A DNA stretch of 64,000 nt from an uncultured Patescibacteria group bacterium (GCA_934699595.1 CAKUWT010000003.1:10130-74129), one strand, 5' to 3'; shown: positions 1 through 10,831, numbered from the stretch's first letter. The notes: generated by a model from the letters alone, not told the origin. Made by a program: numbers and translations.

Positions 1-296
1 GAGGCCTTGCTGCTCGCCAAGCTGAAGCTACCGTCATCGACGGCGAAGCTCGAGCTGAAGCAGCTCGTAAGGTAGCAGCCGTGGCAAACGAGAGCCCAAT
101 AGGGGCAAACGTTATTACCCTGGAGGCCTACATGAAGGCAGTCCAGGCGGCGGCAGACGGGAAGAGTGCTAACATCATTCTCCCCGCAATCGGTCAAGGA
201 ATCGGGGCGGATCCTCTACAGTTGCTGCAACTGCAACAACTGCAAGAGCTCAACAAGAACGAGGAGGGAAAAAAGGATGTCGAAGATAACAACTAG
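1..296 (+). CDS. 3' end of a hypothetical protein; the ORF is open from the window edge, so the gene continues upstream
   Basis: Reading frame 3 is open from nt 3 to the TAG at 294-296. The track ORF 81..296 is only its tail. No recognisable motif. Confidence 0.35.
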   Translation, partial: GLAARQAEATVIDGEARAEAARKVAAVANESPIGANVITLEAYMKAVQAAADGKSANIILPAIGQGIGADPLQLLQLQQLQELNKNEEGKKDVEDNN

Positions 297-1302
297 ACTC
301 GGGAGGTACTGGAAGGTCCTCCTAGGACTGGTCGTGATGGTTGGCATTCTTTACTGGATGCTGACCTTCACACCAGAGCCATTCACAGCAGATACTACCG
401 CCAGTAATGGCGGTAGTATCGGTAAAGTCTTTATGGCTATTATCATCATTGTGACAATTATCATCGTCGCGAGACTGGTGATAAGAAAAACCAACCGCAG
501 CCTACTCCCTCACCTCCAACACCCACTTCGGGGTGTAGGCACCAAGAAGTTGGGCGCAGGAGTCAAAGTGACTCTCAAGCTGGCAGCCATGGTTGCCCTC
601 GCTATCGGCGTAATTCTTTATGCCGATAGGATCATCGGGTACCTTTGGTACCTCGGTGAAACAAGCAGTCTGCAGAATACCGGCATCGCTCGGTCCTTCA
701 ACTATCTGATGCCCGGCTCAGCCAGCTGGCTCTTGCCGACACTTATCTTTATAGGTGCTCTGGCACTTATCGTTTATCTCCTGCAGATAAACGGTCCCAC
801 CAAAGGAGCCTATGGACCAAAACGAGCTGGCTATCTGGCTATCCTCTTTTGGGTAGTCCTGTTGGGCGGCGGGGTTTTTCTGATCTACCAAGTGGGTAGC
901 GGGATTTCCCAGACTGCTTCTGGCGCTGTTGAACGACTGGATCGAGTCATCGGCTTCCAACAGACCCCGACCGTGAGGGACGCACAAAGAGCGACTCTTG
1001 TGGAGCGACCGACTCCCAACAATCAAGTGTTGGGAGAAATGACTGAGGTCCTTTTTCCCGGCGCTTACAGCGCTAAGTACGTCACCGGAGCGGGGAACGG
1101 CTACGTCTATAAAGCCATCGATCCCGCCACTGGTGAACGGGTCGCTGCGCTCGACGTCTTCATCCTCGACAGCCGTGGCAACTGGGTTGACGAGGACGTC
1201 TTCTATGCGTCGGGTCAAACCGATGCGGGAAAGGTGATGTTCAAGAATGTGACCGACCGCAACGTCAAACTGGTCTATGAAAGAACCAGACTCGGTCACT
1301 GA
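277..1302 (+). CDS. hypothetical multi-pass membrane protein
   Basis: ATG at 277 preceded by GGAGG (261-266). Several hydrophobic helices, no family motif recognised. Overlaps the upstream ORF by 20 nt. Confidence 0.55.
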   Translation: MSKITTRLGRYWKVLLGLVVMVGILYWMLTFTPEPFTADTTASNGGSIGKVFMAIIIIVTIIIVARLVIRKTNRSLLPHLQHPLRGVGTKKLGAGVKVTLKLAAMVALAIGVILYADRIIGYLWYLGETSSLQNTGIARSFNYLMPGSASWLLPTLIFIGALALIVYLLQINGPTKGAYGPKRAGYLAILFWVVLLGGGVFLIYQVGSGISQTASGAVERLDRVIGFQQTPTVRDAQRATLVERPTPNNQVLGEMTEVLFPGAYSAKYVTGAGNGYVYKAIDPATGERVAALDVFILDSRGNWVDEDVFYASGQTDAGKVMFKNVTDRNVKLVYERTRLGH

Positions 1303-1393
1303 CAAATTCCTTTCGATGACACAACTCAAGCCCCTTTCCAAAATCTGGAAGGGGCTTTTCTTTTATACTTTTACCGTAGTTTAGTAAATAAGC

Positions 1394-1777
1394 TTATGGT
1401 TTTGGTGGCGTGAACTTGTCGAAGCGATCAGTGTTAAACACACTATCGCAGCCAGAGGCACCCGGGTTATCAGCGCAATCTAGGGTATCCCCTAGGTTGA
1501 AAGTGCCGGCAGCAATTTTCAAAATAGCGAAGGCTGAGAGCATGACCAACATGCCAATTATTCCCCACATAATATGTTTTTGTCCTTCTGCCCGAGCAGC
1601 TGGATTGTTCGCGTTTGTGACGTACATCACCGCTCCATATACAAACACCAGTAAAGCCAGTGCGATCATTAAAGTAATGATCGGAAAAAGGATAATGTCG
1701 TTGACTTTTTCCACAAAACCTCGGGCTACATCCACTCCTGGAGATTGAGCGTGAGCGATAGTGATTAAATAAGGCAT
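1394..1777 (-). CDS. T4SS pilin-like small membrane protein (TrbC/VirB2-like family common in CPR)
   Basis: 127 aa with two hydrophobic helices and the motif ALALLVFVYG that is shared with the neighbouring paralogs. Confidence 0.55.
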   Translation of the reverse strand: MPYLITIAHAQSPGVDVARGFVEKVNDIILFPIITLMIALALLVFVYGAVMYVTNANNPAARAEGQKHIMWGIIGMLVMLSAFAILKIAAGTFNLGDTLDCADNPGASGCDSVFNTDRFDKFTPPKP

Positions 1778-1804
1778 AATTATCTATGAAACCAAAGAAT
1801 GATT

Positions 1805-2203
1805 CTAACCACCCCAGGTCGGTGCAGTAGGTAGAGTGGGAGTGCCAGACACACCTAAGCCGGTTACAATCAAGTTAACCACTCCGAAGAAAATCAGAAC
1901 TATCACAAACCCAGCGATAGAGTAGGTGATCAAATATGTTCCCTTCTTTCGCTCCTCTTCATTGGCCGCTCCTTTAACATAAAAAATAAATACTCCCCAG
2001 ACAAATACCAAAAAGGCGAGGGCTAGGATAGCCGGAATCAGGATGGAGTTGATAAACTCTGCAACATTTTTTAGAATGACAGCGAATGAATTACTCTTTG
2101 CCCACCCAGCAGAACCAATACCAGTCCCTGCCCCTTGAGCGAAAGTCACGAATGGGAGTACAGACAAAAAGGTCGCTAATAGGGCTGAATAAATTTTCTC
2201 CAT
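1805..2203 (-). CDS. T4SS pilin-like protein with signal peptide (paralog 2)
   Basis: Motif NSILIPAILALAFLVFVWG is identical to paralog 3. ATG at 2203; the track start at 2221 is a TTG. Confidence 0.6.
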   Translation of the reverse strand: MEKIYSALLATFLSVLPFVTFAQGAGTGIGSAGWAKSNSFAVILKNVAEFINSILIPAILALAFLVFVWGVFIFYVKGAANEEERKKGTYLITYSIAGFVIVLIFFGVVNLIVTGLGVSGTPTLPTAPTWGG

Positions 2204-2318
2204 AAATATATATTTAGGCAAGTTACTTAAAATATTTGTAAACTATCTTACATTATTCCTAATTCTAACATGGTCCTTGTGTAGATATGGCTAAATAAAC
2301 CTTCCCGTGTAGATAAAA

Positions 2319-2349
2319 ACCGCTTACTTTATAGTAAGCGGTTTTTACC
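2319..2349. terminator. hairpin aaccgcttact..agtaagcggtt flanked by A/T runs (bidirectional terminator)
   Basis: Perfect 11-bp stem followed by ttttt, read directly from the sequence downstream of the pilin gene 2403..2786(-). Confidence 0.5.
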
Positions 2350-2402
2350 GACATGTTTGAGTTGAGACGAAAACTACTTTAAAAAGCTGCGCTTACTAAG
2401 GC

Positions 2403-2786
2403 TTAAACCTCAACACCTACTGGTCGGGTAATGGTATCACCCTCAAGGCCGCTGCCAAAACCTTCAATCAGTAAGTTAACTAGACCAAAGAAAATCAGAA
2501 TAACGACGAATCCAGCCAAGGCATAGATCATCAAACTTCGACCCTTGCCCTTAGCTTCATCATCAGCACCACCTTTAATAAAATAAAGGAAGATACCCCA
2601 AACAAATACCAAAAAGGCGAGGGCTAGAATAGCCGGAATCAGGATGGAGTTGATGAACATCACCAGATTCTGGATAATTTGAGCAAACCGATTGCCAGTA
2701 CCATCGCTAATCAATCCTTGAGCACTAGCTGCAAATGGCAGTACCGCGAGGACGCCTAGAGTCAATAATGAAGAGATTTTTTTCAT
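2403..2786 (-). CDS. T4SS pilin-like protein with signal peptide (paralog 3)
   Basis: Signal peptide plus NSILIPAILALAFLVFVWGIFLYFIKGG; a tandem paralog of 1805..2203. Confidence 0.65.
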   Translation of the reverse strand: MKKISSLLTLGVLAVLPFAASAQGLISDGTGNRFAQIIQNLVMFINSILIPAILALAFLVFVWGIFLYFIKGGADDEAKGKGRSLMIYALAGFVVILIFFGLVNLLIEGFGSGLEGDTITRPVGVEV

Positions 2787-2912
2787 GAACTTATGCGTAA
2801 TAAATAATAATGATTAATCTACACGGAGTACGATGATCTCTCGTAGACTCAATAAACAATACCTCAAAAATACCTAGATGTAAACTTACCGTATCACTAC
2901 CCTGTGGGAAAA

Positions 2913-3170
2913 CTAACCGAACAGTCCCGCTCTGAGAATTGCCAAAATCCCCCACAAGCTAGATATAATTGCCAACACAATAATACCGACAGTTAAAGTT
3001 ACCCTTCCCTCAGCATGTTTCTTTTCATCACCAGCATTTATTATCCAGGAATCCACCAATTTCCAAACAATTACCAAAAAAGCCACTGCTATTAAAACTG
3101 GAATCATTAAATTAATTAAACCAATAATATGATTAACTAAATCGGCTAAGGTATTTGGAGGACTACTCAT
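2913..3170 (-). CDS. small pilin-like membrane protein (paralog 4, no signal peptide)
   Basis: 85 aa, two TM helices, VLIAVAFLVIVWKL resembles the core of the neighbours. Confidence 0.45.
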   Translation of the reverse strand: MSSPPNTLADLVNHIIGLINLMIPVLIAVAFLVIVWKLVDSWIINAGDEKKHAEGRVTLTVGIIVLAIISSLWGILAILRAGLFG

Positions 3171-3180
3171 AATAATTGAA

Positions 3181-3633
3181 TTAACCAGCGAAGGAATCCA
3201 CTAAATTCTTAATAATTTCCGCGATCGTAACCGCTCCCAAGATGAGCACACCACCGATGACCGCGTAAGTGAGAGCCGCGGTAGCTTTTTGGGTTTCGGC
3301 AGCATTGCCACGGGCGGTGACATACTTAAAACCAGCTAGAATAATGAAGAAGACCACCACGGGAATGGCGAGAATTATCACCACATTGAGAATCCCGACC
3401 ATAAACTCATTAAAAGAACCAAATCTTGACATAGGGTTTTCTAGCTTTACTGAACCTGCGGCTGTTGGACTACCGCCTGAGCCACCACTCTTACCTCCAG
3501 TCGGAGAGAGTGCCCCGTCAGATCCAAAATGTTGAGCTAAAGAAAAACTAGGCAAGCTCAAGAGTACCAATGGAAAAAGTATTAACAAAGAACAAACGAT
3601 ACTATTAGCTACTATCCGAAGTTGATTTCTCAT
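3181..3633 (-). CDS. pilin-like secreted/membrane protein with Gly/Ser-rich linker (paralog 5)
   Basis: Signal peptide, GGKSGGSGGS linker, C-terminal hydrophobic hairpin IPVVVFFIILAGFKYV as in T4SS pilins. Confidence 0.5.
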   Translation of the reverse strand: MRNQLRIVANSIVCSLLILFPLVLLSLPSFSLAQHFGSDGALSPTGGKSGGSGGSPTAAGSVKLENPMSRFGSFNEFMVGILNVVIILAIPVVVFFIILAGFKYVTARGNAAETQKATAALTYAVIGGVLILGAVTIAEIIKNLVDSFAG

Positions 3634-3669
3634 AGGTTATTTATATTAAATATATTATCACAAACAAAA

Positions 3670-4983
3670 CTAATAGTTGTCACGTAGACGTAACAACGCA
3701 TCACGCACCGATTCATCAATCCGACGACGACCTGCCGTAGTGTCCTCGATCATCTGCTTGAAGATACCTTGGATAGTCTGGGGATTAGGTGACCACCAAC
3801 CGCGTGCAATCGGAGCCGACTTGAAAGCTAAGCGTCCGTACTGATCATTGCTCCCTGCTTCCAAGCTCACTCGCCGCACCGGTGCCATACCCGCAGTGAT
3901 CGCTATTTCAGCAGCGTTATCACTAGCCGATAAGGCCTGCATAACTTGATAGGCCCCATTGGGATTACGAGCACTTCTAACCACCGCAAGGCCATAGAAG
4001 GAGCCGTACGTACGACGAACGGTTGCGGTCGCGCCCTGCGGCACTTCGGCAATATCAAAATTGAGATTCGGATTTTGTCTAGCCAAACCCTTGGCTTCGC
4101 TCGCCATACCAAAATATAAGAACAATTTTTCCGCTAAGAACTGTTGCTTGTCATTGGGCAAGGAACGATTCCAGGTGTAAAACTCGTTGCTAGGATTAGA
4201 GAAATTTACATAAAAACTAAGCGCGTTTTGTAATGGTGACTCCCCACCACCGTTAACCATTTGGTTAAGTTCAATATTGTAAAAAAATCCATCTCCTGGT
4301 CTTTCAGTAATAAGTTGACTACCTCCCTGAATTAACAACATCGAAAGTACCGGAAAAACATTAGTCACATTATTATACTCACCAAAGGCTAAGGTACTAA
4401 GAGTAATATTGTGACTAAAATCTCTTTCTACCGTCTCCGTCAAAAAGCTGTTTACTAGCTCTTCCCAGGTCGCTGGTGGTGTCAAAATACCTCTAGTACT
4501 CAACATATCTCGATTCCAATACATCATCAGAGGGTCGACCGCTACCGGTAGAGCGTAGATACCGTCTTTTAGGACAAAAACTTCGGCGCCATCGATGAAG
4601 TTGTTCCGGAAATCCCGTATCGGGTAATTGGTGTACGATAATGGCAACAGACGACCGCGATTATGCACTAATTCTTCATGAGGAATTAGCACTAGGTCTG
4701 GAGCACGATTATCAGCCAAGGCTTCTAGGAATTCACTATTGAACTGACTCGGGGATTTATAGGAGTAGGACACTGCGCGCCAAGCTGGATCATTATCACC
4801 AAGTGGCCGCAGCACCGCCTCTACTGCCTCAGCCGGCATCGTACCCCAGATTTCCACAGCCCCTCCCAAACTCACGACCCCGGGTTTGGTTTTAGGTTTG
4901 TAGTTAGAAATAATAAATAACGACAACAATCCCAAAACAGCAAAGATAGTGAAGATAACTAACTCAAAAGGTCTTAATTTCAT
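3670..4983 (-). CDS. extracellular solute-binding protein (ABC transporter substrate-binding, family 1-like), N-terminal membrane anchor
   Basis: 437 aa, N-terminal TM, overall MalE-like periplasmic-binding pattern. ATG at 4981-4983 overlaps the stop of the next gene (ATGA). Confidence 0.45.
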   Translation of the reverse strand: MKLRPFELVIFTIFAVLGLLSLFIISNYKPKTKPGVVSLGGAVEIWGTMPAEAVEAVLRPLGDNDPAWRAVSYSYKSPSQFNSEFLEALADNRAPDLVLIPHEELVHNRGRLLPLSYTNYPIRDFRNNFIDGAEVFVLKDGIYALPVAVDPLMMYWNRDMLSTRGILTPPATWEELVNSFLTETVERDFSHNITLSTLAFGEYNNVTNVFPVLSMLLIQGGSQLITERPGDGFFYNIELNQMVNGGGESPLQNALSFYVNFSNPSNEFYTWNRSLPNDKQQFLAEKLFLYFGMASEAKGLARQNPNLNFDIAEVPQGATATVRRTYGSFYGLAVVRSARNPNGAYQVMQALSASDNAAEIAITAGMAPVRRVSLEAGSNDQYGRLAFKSAPIARGWWSPNPQTIQGIFKQMIEDTTAGRRRIDESVRDALLRLRDNY

Positions 4984-5519
4984 AGTGCTCGAAAAGTTAA
5001 GCCGTAGTGCTGACTTCCGACCGGGAAGTCACGCACATAAGTAAACTGATTACTTTCAGCGCAATCAGTGGCTGCAGCTTTAGAGACAACTGTCTCAGGA
5101 GACGGGCAGACACCCGCGCAGGCTGCCTGCCAATCAATGATATGCAAGCTGCCGCCACGCTTGAGTACTCGCCGTGCCTCCGCCATCAATATTTCCTTGC
5201 GCTCAGCTTGAAAAAGAATATTAACCATGATGACCGCGTCTAAAGATCCGTCAGGGAGTTTAGCCCCGCCCGCCGCTTCCAAATCAGCCCAAATAATATC
5301 GACATTCTCTAAGTTCTTACTACGCACAAAACTGCCCAATTTTTCAATCAACACTTTCTGTATTTCTAAAGCGTAAACACGCCCCGTTTCACCAACGGCC
5401 GCTGACAAACTTGGCAAGAAATAACCACTACCGGCGCCAAAATCAGCCACTAGATCACCTTCTTGTAGATTAAAGTGACTAACGGCTGCCTCTGGCGAAA
5501 TAAACGAGTTACCTAGCAT
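4980..5519 (-). CDS. class I SAM-dependent methyltransferase
   Basis: DFGAGSGYF glycine-rich SAM-binding motif; ATG at 5517-5519. Confidence 0.75.
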   Translation of the reverse strand: MLGNSFISPEAAVSHFNLQEGDLVADFGAGSGYFLPSLSAAVGETGRVYALEIQKVLIEKLGSFVRSKNLENVDIIWADLEAAGGAKLPDGSLDAVIMVNILFQAERKEILMAEARRVLKRGGSLHIIDWQAACAGVCPSPETVVSKAAATDCAESNQFTYVRDFPVGSQHYGLTFRAL

Positions 5520-5616
5520 GCCGTCATTATACAGTACTTCTAGAGCAGAAGAATAAAAACTTCCCCATAGGTGCGAGGGAAGTTTTTATCTTAATATCTA
5601 AGTGATTAGCTCCGGT

Positions 5617-8088
5617 TTAAACAAACACAATACTGGCGATAGAATCCCCCTCACGCATTTTCATCACACGCACACCCTGAGTCTGACGACCAAGAGACGG
5701 GACTGATTTCAACGGCAACTTAATCACTTGACCCTTTTGACTCATAATTACCAACTCACCTTCGTCATGCTCCTCTTCAGTGATCACCAAAGATCCAATG
5801 ATGTGTCCAGTTTTGGCAGTAAGCTTCACAGTTTTTACTCCCGAACCACCGCGTTTCTGCACCTTGTATTCTTTGGCGGCAGTCGTTTTACCATAACCAT
5901 GTTCGGTGACCACGAGAATCTCTAACCCTTTCTGTCCTTTCGGAATTACATCCGCCGTAACAATAAAGTCGTCTTTGCCAAGCTTCATACCCGACACACC
6001 TGCGGCGGTGCGACCCATTTCCCGGACGTCACTTTCCTTAAAGCGAATCGCCTGTCCCTGACTAGTGACCAATGAGACGTCGTCACCCTTACCCACAAAA
6101 GCAGCAGAGATGAGTGAATCCCCCTCCTTAAGAGTAATAGCGATTAAGCCACTGCGTCGCACATCTTTAAAAGCAGCCGCATCTGATTTCTTGGCAACAC
6201 CATTTTTGGTGACCATGAGAAGACTCCACTCGCCTTCCCACTCCTCCTTACGAACCGCTAACACTGAAGTCACTCGCTCATCAGCCGTCATCGACAAAAA
6301 GTTCATAATCGACTTCCCCTTAGTAGCCCGGCGACCCTCAGGAATTTCGTACATCTTACTCTGGTACACCTTCCCCTGATCGGTGAAGAACAAGAGATCA
6401 CTGTGGGCAGAGGTGGTAATGAGAGTGGTCACCACATCTTCTTCCTTGGTATTCAAATCTACCACTCCTACCCCACCACGTTTTTGTACTCGATATTCAT
6501 CTGGGTTGGTACGCTTGACGTAGCCGCCTCGGGTTAGCACCAGTACACTTTCCTCATCGGGCACCAAGTCTTCTGGATTGATTTGTTTTACTCCACCCTT
6601 AACAATTTTAGTTCGGCGATCGTCACCATACTTTTCCGCCACGGCTTCTAGTTCACTCTTGACTAGGCCAAGCATTTTGGCTTTGCTCTTCAAAATAGCC
6701 TGCAACTCTTTGATTAGTTTTTGAATTTCTTTCAGTTCGTCTTCAATTTTCTTCCGTTCCAAACCAGCTAGTTTTTGGAGGCGCATATCGAGAATGGCCT
6801 GGGCCTGGATTTCGGAGAACTTAAACTCTTTCATCAAGGCAGCATGTGCGGTGGGCACGTCTTTTGCAGCACGGATCAGTTTGATAATTTTATCAATATG
6901 ATCAAGAGCTTTCTTGAGACCAAGCAAAATATGTTCGCGGTCTTGTGCTTTGTTTAAATCGTATTGAGTACGACGACGAACTACCTCAGCCCGATGCTTA
7001 ATATACTCCTCGAGAATTGTTTTTAAAGACACTAACTGCGGCACGCCGTCTACCAAGGCCACCATATTGTAGTGGAAAGTGTCCTCAAGTTGGGTATGTT
7101 TGTATAGCTTATTTAAAACGGTTTGTGGTTGAGCGCCACTCTTGAGGTCGATCACCACCCGAATATCGCTGGTTGATTCATCACGCATTTCTTTAATACC
7201 TTCAATTTTTTTATCCCGTACTAAGTCGGCAATTTTGACCTGAAGATCCTGCTTATTCACTCGATAAGGAATAGAGGTAATAATGATAGAGAAGGCACCG
7301 CGTTTGTCTTCAACTATTTCAGCCTCTCCTCGTACTGTTACCCCACCTTTACCGTAGGTGTAAGCATGAATGATATCCTTCTGATTAAAAGCAATCGCTC
7401 CCAAAGGAAAATCTGGACCCTTAATGAACTGCAGAAGGTCTTCAATCGTAGCATCGGGGTTATCAATTAGATGACCAACGGCCGCAGTAACCTCACGGAG
7501 GTTGTGAGGAGGAATATTAGTCGCCATACCAACTGCAATTCCTAAAGAGCCGAGGAGTAACAAGTTTGGTACTGCTGATGGTAACACGACCGGCTCTTGC
7601 TTTTTGCCGTCATAGTTCGGTCGCCAATCAACGGTGTCTTTCTCCAAGTCACGAAGCATCTCTTCAGCGATCCGTGACATTTTTGCCTCAGTATAACGAT
7701 ACGCCGCTGCCGAGTCTCCATCAATCGAACCGAAGTTACCCTGGCCAAGCACTAAGGGATATCGAGTGGAAAAAGGCTGTGCTAACTTCACCATCGCTTC
7801 ATAAACAGCCGCGTCGCCATGCGGGTGAAAACTACCGAGCACATCCCCTACGACAGTAGCTGATTTTTTAAAACGGGCGCTAGCTGTTAATCCATTTAGT
7901 CGCATGGAGTACAAAATACGCCGATGCACTGGCTTTAAACCGTCACGAATGTCTGGTAAAGCTCGCGCGGTAATCACCGACATGGCATAGTCCAAATAAG
8001 CCGTCTCCATTTCCTCAGAAATGTTCTGGGTAATTATCCCCCGCTCAGGGGTAGGAATAATATCTTTACTAGAAGTTTTTTTCGGCAT
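5617..8088 (-). CDS. gyrA: DNA gyrase subunit A
   Basis: [26 protein letters not shown] active-site region, 823 aa, ATG at 8086-8088. Confidence 0.95.
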   Translation of the reverse strand: MPKKTSSKDIIPTPERGIITQNISEEMETAYLDYAMSVITARALPDIRDGLKPVHRRILYSMRLNGLTASARFKKSATVVGDVLGSFHPHGDAAVYEAMVKLAQPFSTRYPLVLGQGNFGSIDGDSAAAYRYTEAKMSRIAEEMLRDLEKDTVDWRPNYDGKKQEPVVLPSAVPNLLLLGSLGIAVGMATNIPPHNLREVTAAVGHLIDNPDATIEDLLQFIKGPDFPLGAIAFNQKDIIHAYTYGKGGVTVRGEAEIVEDKRGAFSIIITSIPYRVNKQDLQVKIADLVRDKKIEGIKEMRDESTSDIRVVIDLKSGAQPQTVLNKLYKHTQLEDTFHYNMVALVDGVPQLVSLKTILEEYIKHRAEVVRRRTQYDLNKAQDREHILLGLKKALDHIDKIIKLIRAAKDVPTAHAALMKEFKFSEIQAQAILDMRLQKLAGLERKKIEDELKEIQKLIKELQAILKSKAKMLGLVKSELEAVAEKYGDDRRTKIVKGGVKQINPEDLVPDEESVLVLTRGGYVKRTNPDEYRVQKRGGVGVVDLNTKEEDVVTTLITTSAHSDLLFFTDQGKVYQSKMYEIPEGRRATKGKSIMNFLSMTADERVTSVLAVRKEEWEGEWSLLMVTKNGVAKKSDAAAFKDVRRSGLIAITLKEGDSLISAAFVGKGDDVSLVTSQGQAIRFKESDVREMGRTAAGVSGMKLGKDDFIVTADVIPKGQKGLEILVVTEHGYGKTTAAKEYKVQKRGGSGVKTVKLTAKTGHIIGSLVITEEEHDEGELVIMSQKGQVIKLPLKSVPSLGRQTQGVRVMKMREGDSIASIVFV

Positions 8089-8189
8089 AATTTAGTTATC
8101 AATTATCGGTATTAGGTGGCAATAGTGTTGGCTGATTTTAACAAATTAGTTACCAGTAGTCTCAAATCGTCAGCCATTGTAGCACAGAA

Positions 8190-8678
8190 TTACTGACTCG
8201 TGGTGGTGGCAATACGCACCTCCCGTTTTTCGACAGGTGCCGTAGTGACTGGTTTTGGGTTGGTAGAATCGTTGTTATTTACAGAAGATTTATCGCTCTG
8301 TGTACCTGAAGCCGCAGCATCTTCAGATACATGGTCACCAAGATAGTCTTCGTAACCAGTAAAATCAACGTATTCATTGCTGAGGGTGGTTTCTGTCTCC
8401 ATCGTTTTTTGCGTTTCCAGAGAAGTGGACAGATCATTTAGCGACTGAAGAAAATCCTTACTAGTATCTGAAATATTGGTAATGGGCTCTCCCACTCCTT
8501 GCAGAGCGTTGGCTGCCTGACCATTTTGATCAAAATTAGCAAAAACTCCAGCAAAGCGAACCGGTAATGATAACGACCAGACACCCGCTATTACTGCCAC
8601 CACGGCACAGGTGGCAAAAAAAGCGTAGTTATCGAGAACATGTTTCGGTTTTTGTCTTAAGCGATTGAGCCAATTCAT
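8190..8678 (-). CDS. hypothetical membrane-anchored protein with acidic/Ser-Thr-rich C-terminus
   Basis: ATG at 8676-8678, one N-terminal TM helix, no motif recognised. Confidence 0.4.
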   Translation of the reverse strand: MNWLNRLRQKPKHVLDNYAFFATCAVVAVIAGVWSLSLPVRFAGVFANFDQNGQAANALQGVGEPITNISDTSKDFLQSLNDLSTSLETQKTMETETTLSNEYVDFTGYEDYLGDHVSEDAAASGTQSDKSSVNNNDSTNPKPVTTAPVEKREVRIATTTSQ

Positions 8679-8705
8679 AGATTTTTCTAAAAGATATGGT
8701 GGTAA

Positions 8706-9329
8706 CTACTCAGTTTTAAAAGCCACGACCTCGCCGGTCATTTGTGAGACCTCACGTTTTTTAATGGTCAATTTTGTTACTGGTTTGACAGCTTCACTAC
8801 CAGTTTCTTTCTGGAAAGCTTTCAGGGCAGCGTCGTCACAGTGCATAGGGATAACCAACTTAGCCTCCAGCTTCAGAGCCAACTTGGCTGCCTGCGGCGC
8901 TTCTAGGACCTCACCTCCGCCAATCGGAATAAACAAAATATCAATATCCTCTAATTCTGAAAGAATTTTGGGGTCAATTTCAGGATTATTTAGTGCTCCC
9001 AAAAAAACAATATTCATATCCTCCAAACGGACCTGGAAGATATTGTTAAAATAACTTTGCTTATGATAAATCACCGGAGTGCTCCAGCCACGAGCAGTCA
9101 CATCACCCACTTCAAATTCACCAGGTGTGGAAATAACAAAAGGTTTTTTGGAACCATGGGTCACTTCAGACACACCGTTAAAATCTGGATGCCACAAAGA
9201 AACCAGCACTAAGTCTGCCCCAAACTTACTGGTGTCCATTTTTGAGGCTTTAGAAATAGGGTTAAAGGCCAAAGTGACGCTACCGAAAGAAACTTTAAAA
9301 AACTGACAGCCGTGATGCGTAATAATCAT
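8706..9329 (-). CDS. MBL-fold metal-dependent hydrolase
   Basis: MIITHHGCQFFKV start typical of the family; ATG at 9327-9329. The track start at 9359 is a TTG 10 codons upstream. Confidence 0.65.
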   Translation of the reverse strand: MIITHHGCQFFKVSFGSVTLAFNPISKASKMDTSKFGADLVLVSLWHPDFNGVSEVTHGSKKPFVISTPGEFEVGDVTARGWSTPVIYHKQSYFNNIFQVRLEDMNIVFLGALNNPEIDPKILSELEDIDILFIPIGGGEVLEAPQAAKLALKLEAKLVIPMHCDDAALKAFQKETGSEAVKPVTKLTIKKREVSQMTGEVVAFKTE

Positions 9330-9648
9330 AGTGAGAGAATTATACCGCATCAGGAGCAAAAGCGCAGCTTTTGCTCTCAGTGCGGTTAAAACTGATCATC
9401 TTGACCCCACCCTGCTGCATGACTCATAAAAATCACCCTCAAACTATCACGATTCAGGCTTTACTTTTTCCTTACTAACTTGTATATTAGGCGCACTTCG
9501 CAAGAAGATTATTAGTTTCTAGCGACATGCGTTTAATCCTGTGTTTAGGAACAACGGCCCCGGACAAGTGATAGAGGTTGTTTTTACCACTTGTCTTACG
9601 AGAACTGGCTACACAGACGCGTATCGTCGGAATAAAATTTAAAAGTAA

Positions 9649-10752
9649 ATGACAGAAGAAAAAAGTAACTCCATCGGAGTAATGGATCAGCTTGTAGACG
9701 AGCTACCAGAGATCCCACGTGAGGGTCAGGTAATTGAGGGGGTTGTTTCTGCAATTGGTCGCGCCCGCGTTTATGTTGACCTGCCACCTTTCGGCACCGG
9801 TCTAATTTTTGGCCGCGAGTACTTAAATGCCCGCGACATTCTCCGAAAAGTTTCCGTTGGCGACTCTATTGGCGCAAAAATTGTCGAGTCATATAATGAA
9901 GATGGTTATATTGAACTATCTCTTAAGGAAGCTCGCCAAGCTCTAATTTGGTCTGACGCTGAGGAAGCTGCCAAGCGTGGCACCGTAATGTCTCTGGAAG
10001 TAAAAGAGGCTAATAAGGGTGGCTTAATTATTGAGTGGCAAGGTATTCAGGGATTCCTACCAGCCTCACAACTTTCTACTGACAACTACCCTCGTGTCAC
10101 CGACGGTGACAAAGATAAGATTCTTAGTGCCCTTAACGAGTTGGTCGGCAAGCATTTGTCAGTAGCAGTAATCACCGCAGATCAGAAAGAGCACAAACTG
10201 ATCTTCTCCGAAAAGAGCCTTCAGGAGAAAGAAGAAAAGGAAGAAAAAGTCGGCAAGTACGAAGTTGGTGACGTCTTGAGTGGTGAAGTTACTGGTGCTG
10301 TTGATTTTGGTATCTTTGTCAAAATCGAACAAGGGTTGGAAGGTCTGGTACATATTTCTGAGCTGGACTGGGGATTGGTGGATGATACCCGATCTTTGTA
10401 CAAGGTCGGAGATAAGGTAAAGGTAAAAGTTATTGAGGTAAAGGACGATAAGATTTCTCTTTCGATCAAACAATTGCGTGAAAATCCTTGGTCTGAAGCC
10501 GCAGCTAAGTACAAAAAGGATGAGTTAGTAGATGCAGTCGTCATCAAGTACAACAAACATGGCGCTCTAGCCTCTGTACAGGAGGGTGTGGCTGGCTTGG
10601 TACACATTTCTGAGTTCGCTAGTGAAGAAGTAATGAAGACTACTTTACAACTTGGTGGTGTCTATAAGTTTAAAATCACCCTCTTTGATCCTCAGGACCA
10701 AAAAATGACCCTGTCTTACAAAGACGCTCAAGAAGAAACTGTTGCTGGATAG
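9649..10752 (+). CDS. rpsA: 30S ribosomal protein S1 (four S1 domains, short CPR-type)
   Basis: Repeated S1 motifs: GQVIEGVV..VYVDL, VGDVLSGEVTGAVDFGIFVKI..GLVHISE, VGDKVKVKVIEV. Confidence 0.8.
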   Translation: MTEEKSNSIGVMDQLVDELPEIPREGQVIEGVVSAIGRARVYVDLPPFGTGLIFGREYLNARDILRKVSVGDSIGAKIVESYNEDGYIELSLKEARQALIWSDAEEAAKRGTVMSLEVKEANKGGLIIEWQGIQGFLPASQLSTDNYPRVTDGDKDKILSALNELVGKHLSVAVITADQKEHKLIFSEKSLQEKEEKEEKVGKYEVGDVLSGEVTGAVDFGIFVKIEQGLEGLVHISELDWGLVDDTRSLYKVGDKVKVKVIEVKDDKISLSIKQLRENPWSEAAAKYKKDELVDAVVIKYNKHGALASVQEGVAGLVHISEFASEEVMKTTLQLGGVYKFKITLFDPQDQKMTLSYKDAQEETVAG

Positions 10753-10769
10753 GATAGAAGGTGCTCGCT

Positions 10770-10831
10770 AGAGTTCCTGAAAATAAAGTCGCTGGCCCGT
10801 GCGGGTCAGCGACTTTATTTTCAGGAACTCT
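10770..10831. terminator. 25-bp perfect inverted repeat (agagttcctgaaaataaagtcgctg / cagcgactttattttcaggaactct) with 12-nt loop between convergent rpsA and pth
   Basis: Arms 10770-10794 and 10807-10831 are exact reverse complements (seen in sequence). Bidirectional terminator or recognition site. Confidence 0.55.

Noticed and set aside
718-1748. Antisense/overlapping ORFs (718..1341-, 1410..1748+), and similar ones at 3269..3535+, 5007..5243+, 6065..6379+, 7542..7859, 10159..10607-, 14373..14894-, 15730..16633-, 29182..30224, 35587..35814-, 38626..38940-
   Set aside because: Each lies fully inside a well-supported gene on the other strand or frame (gyrA, rpsA, ftsA, ftsZ, surface protein, etc.) and lacks motifs; these are typical shadow ORFs.
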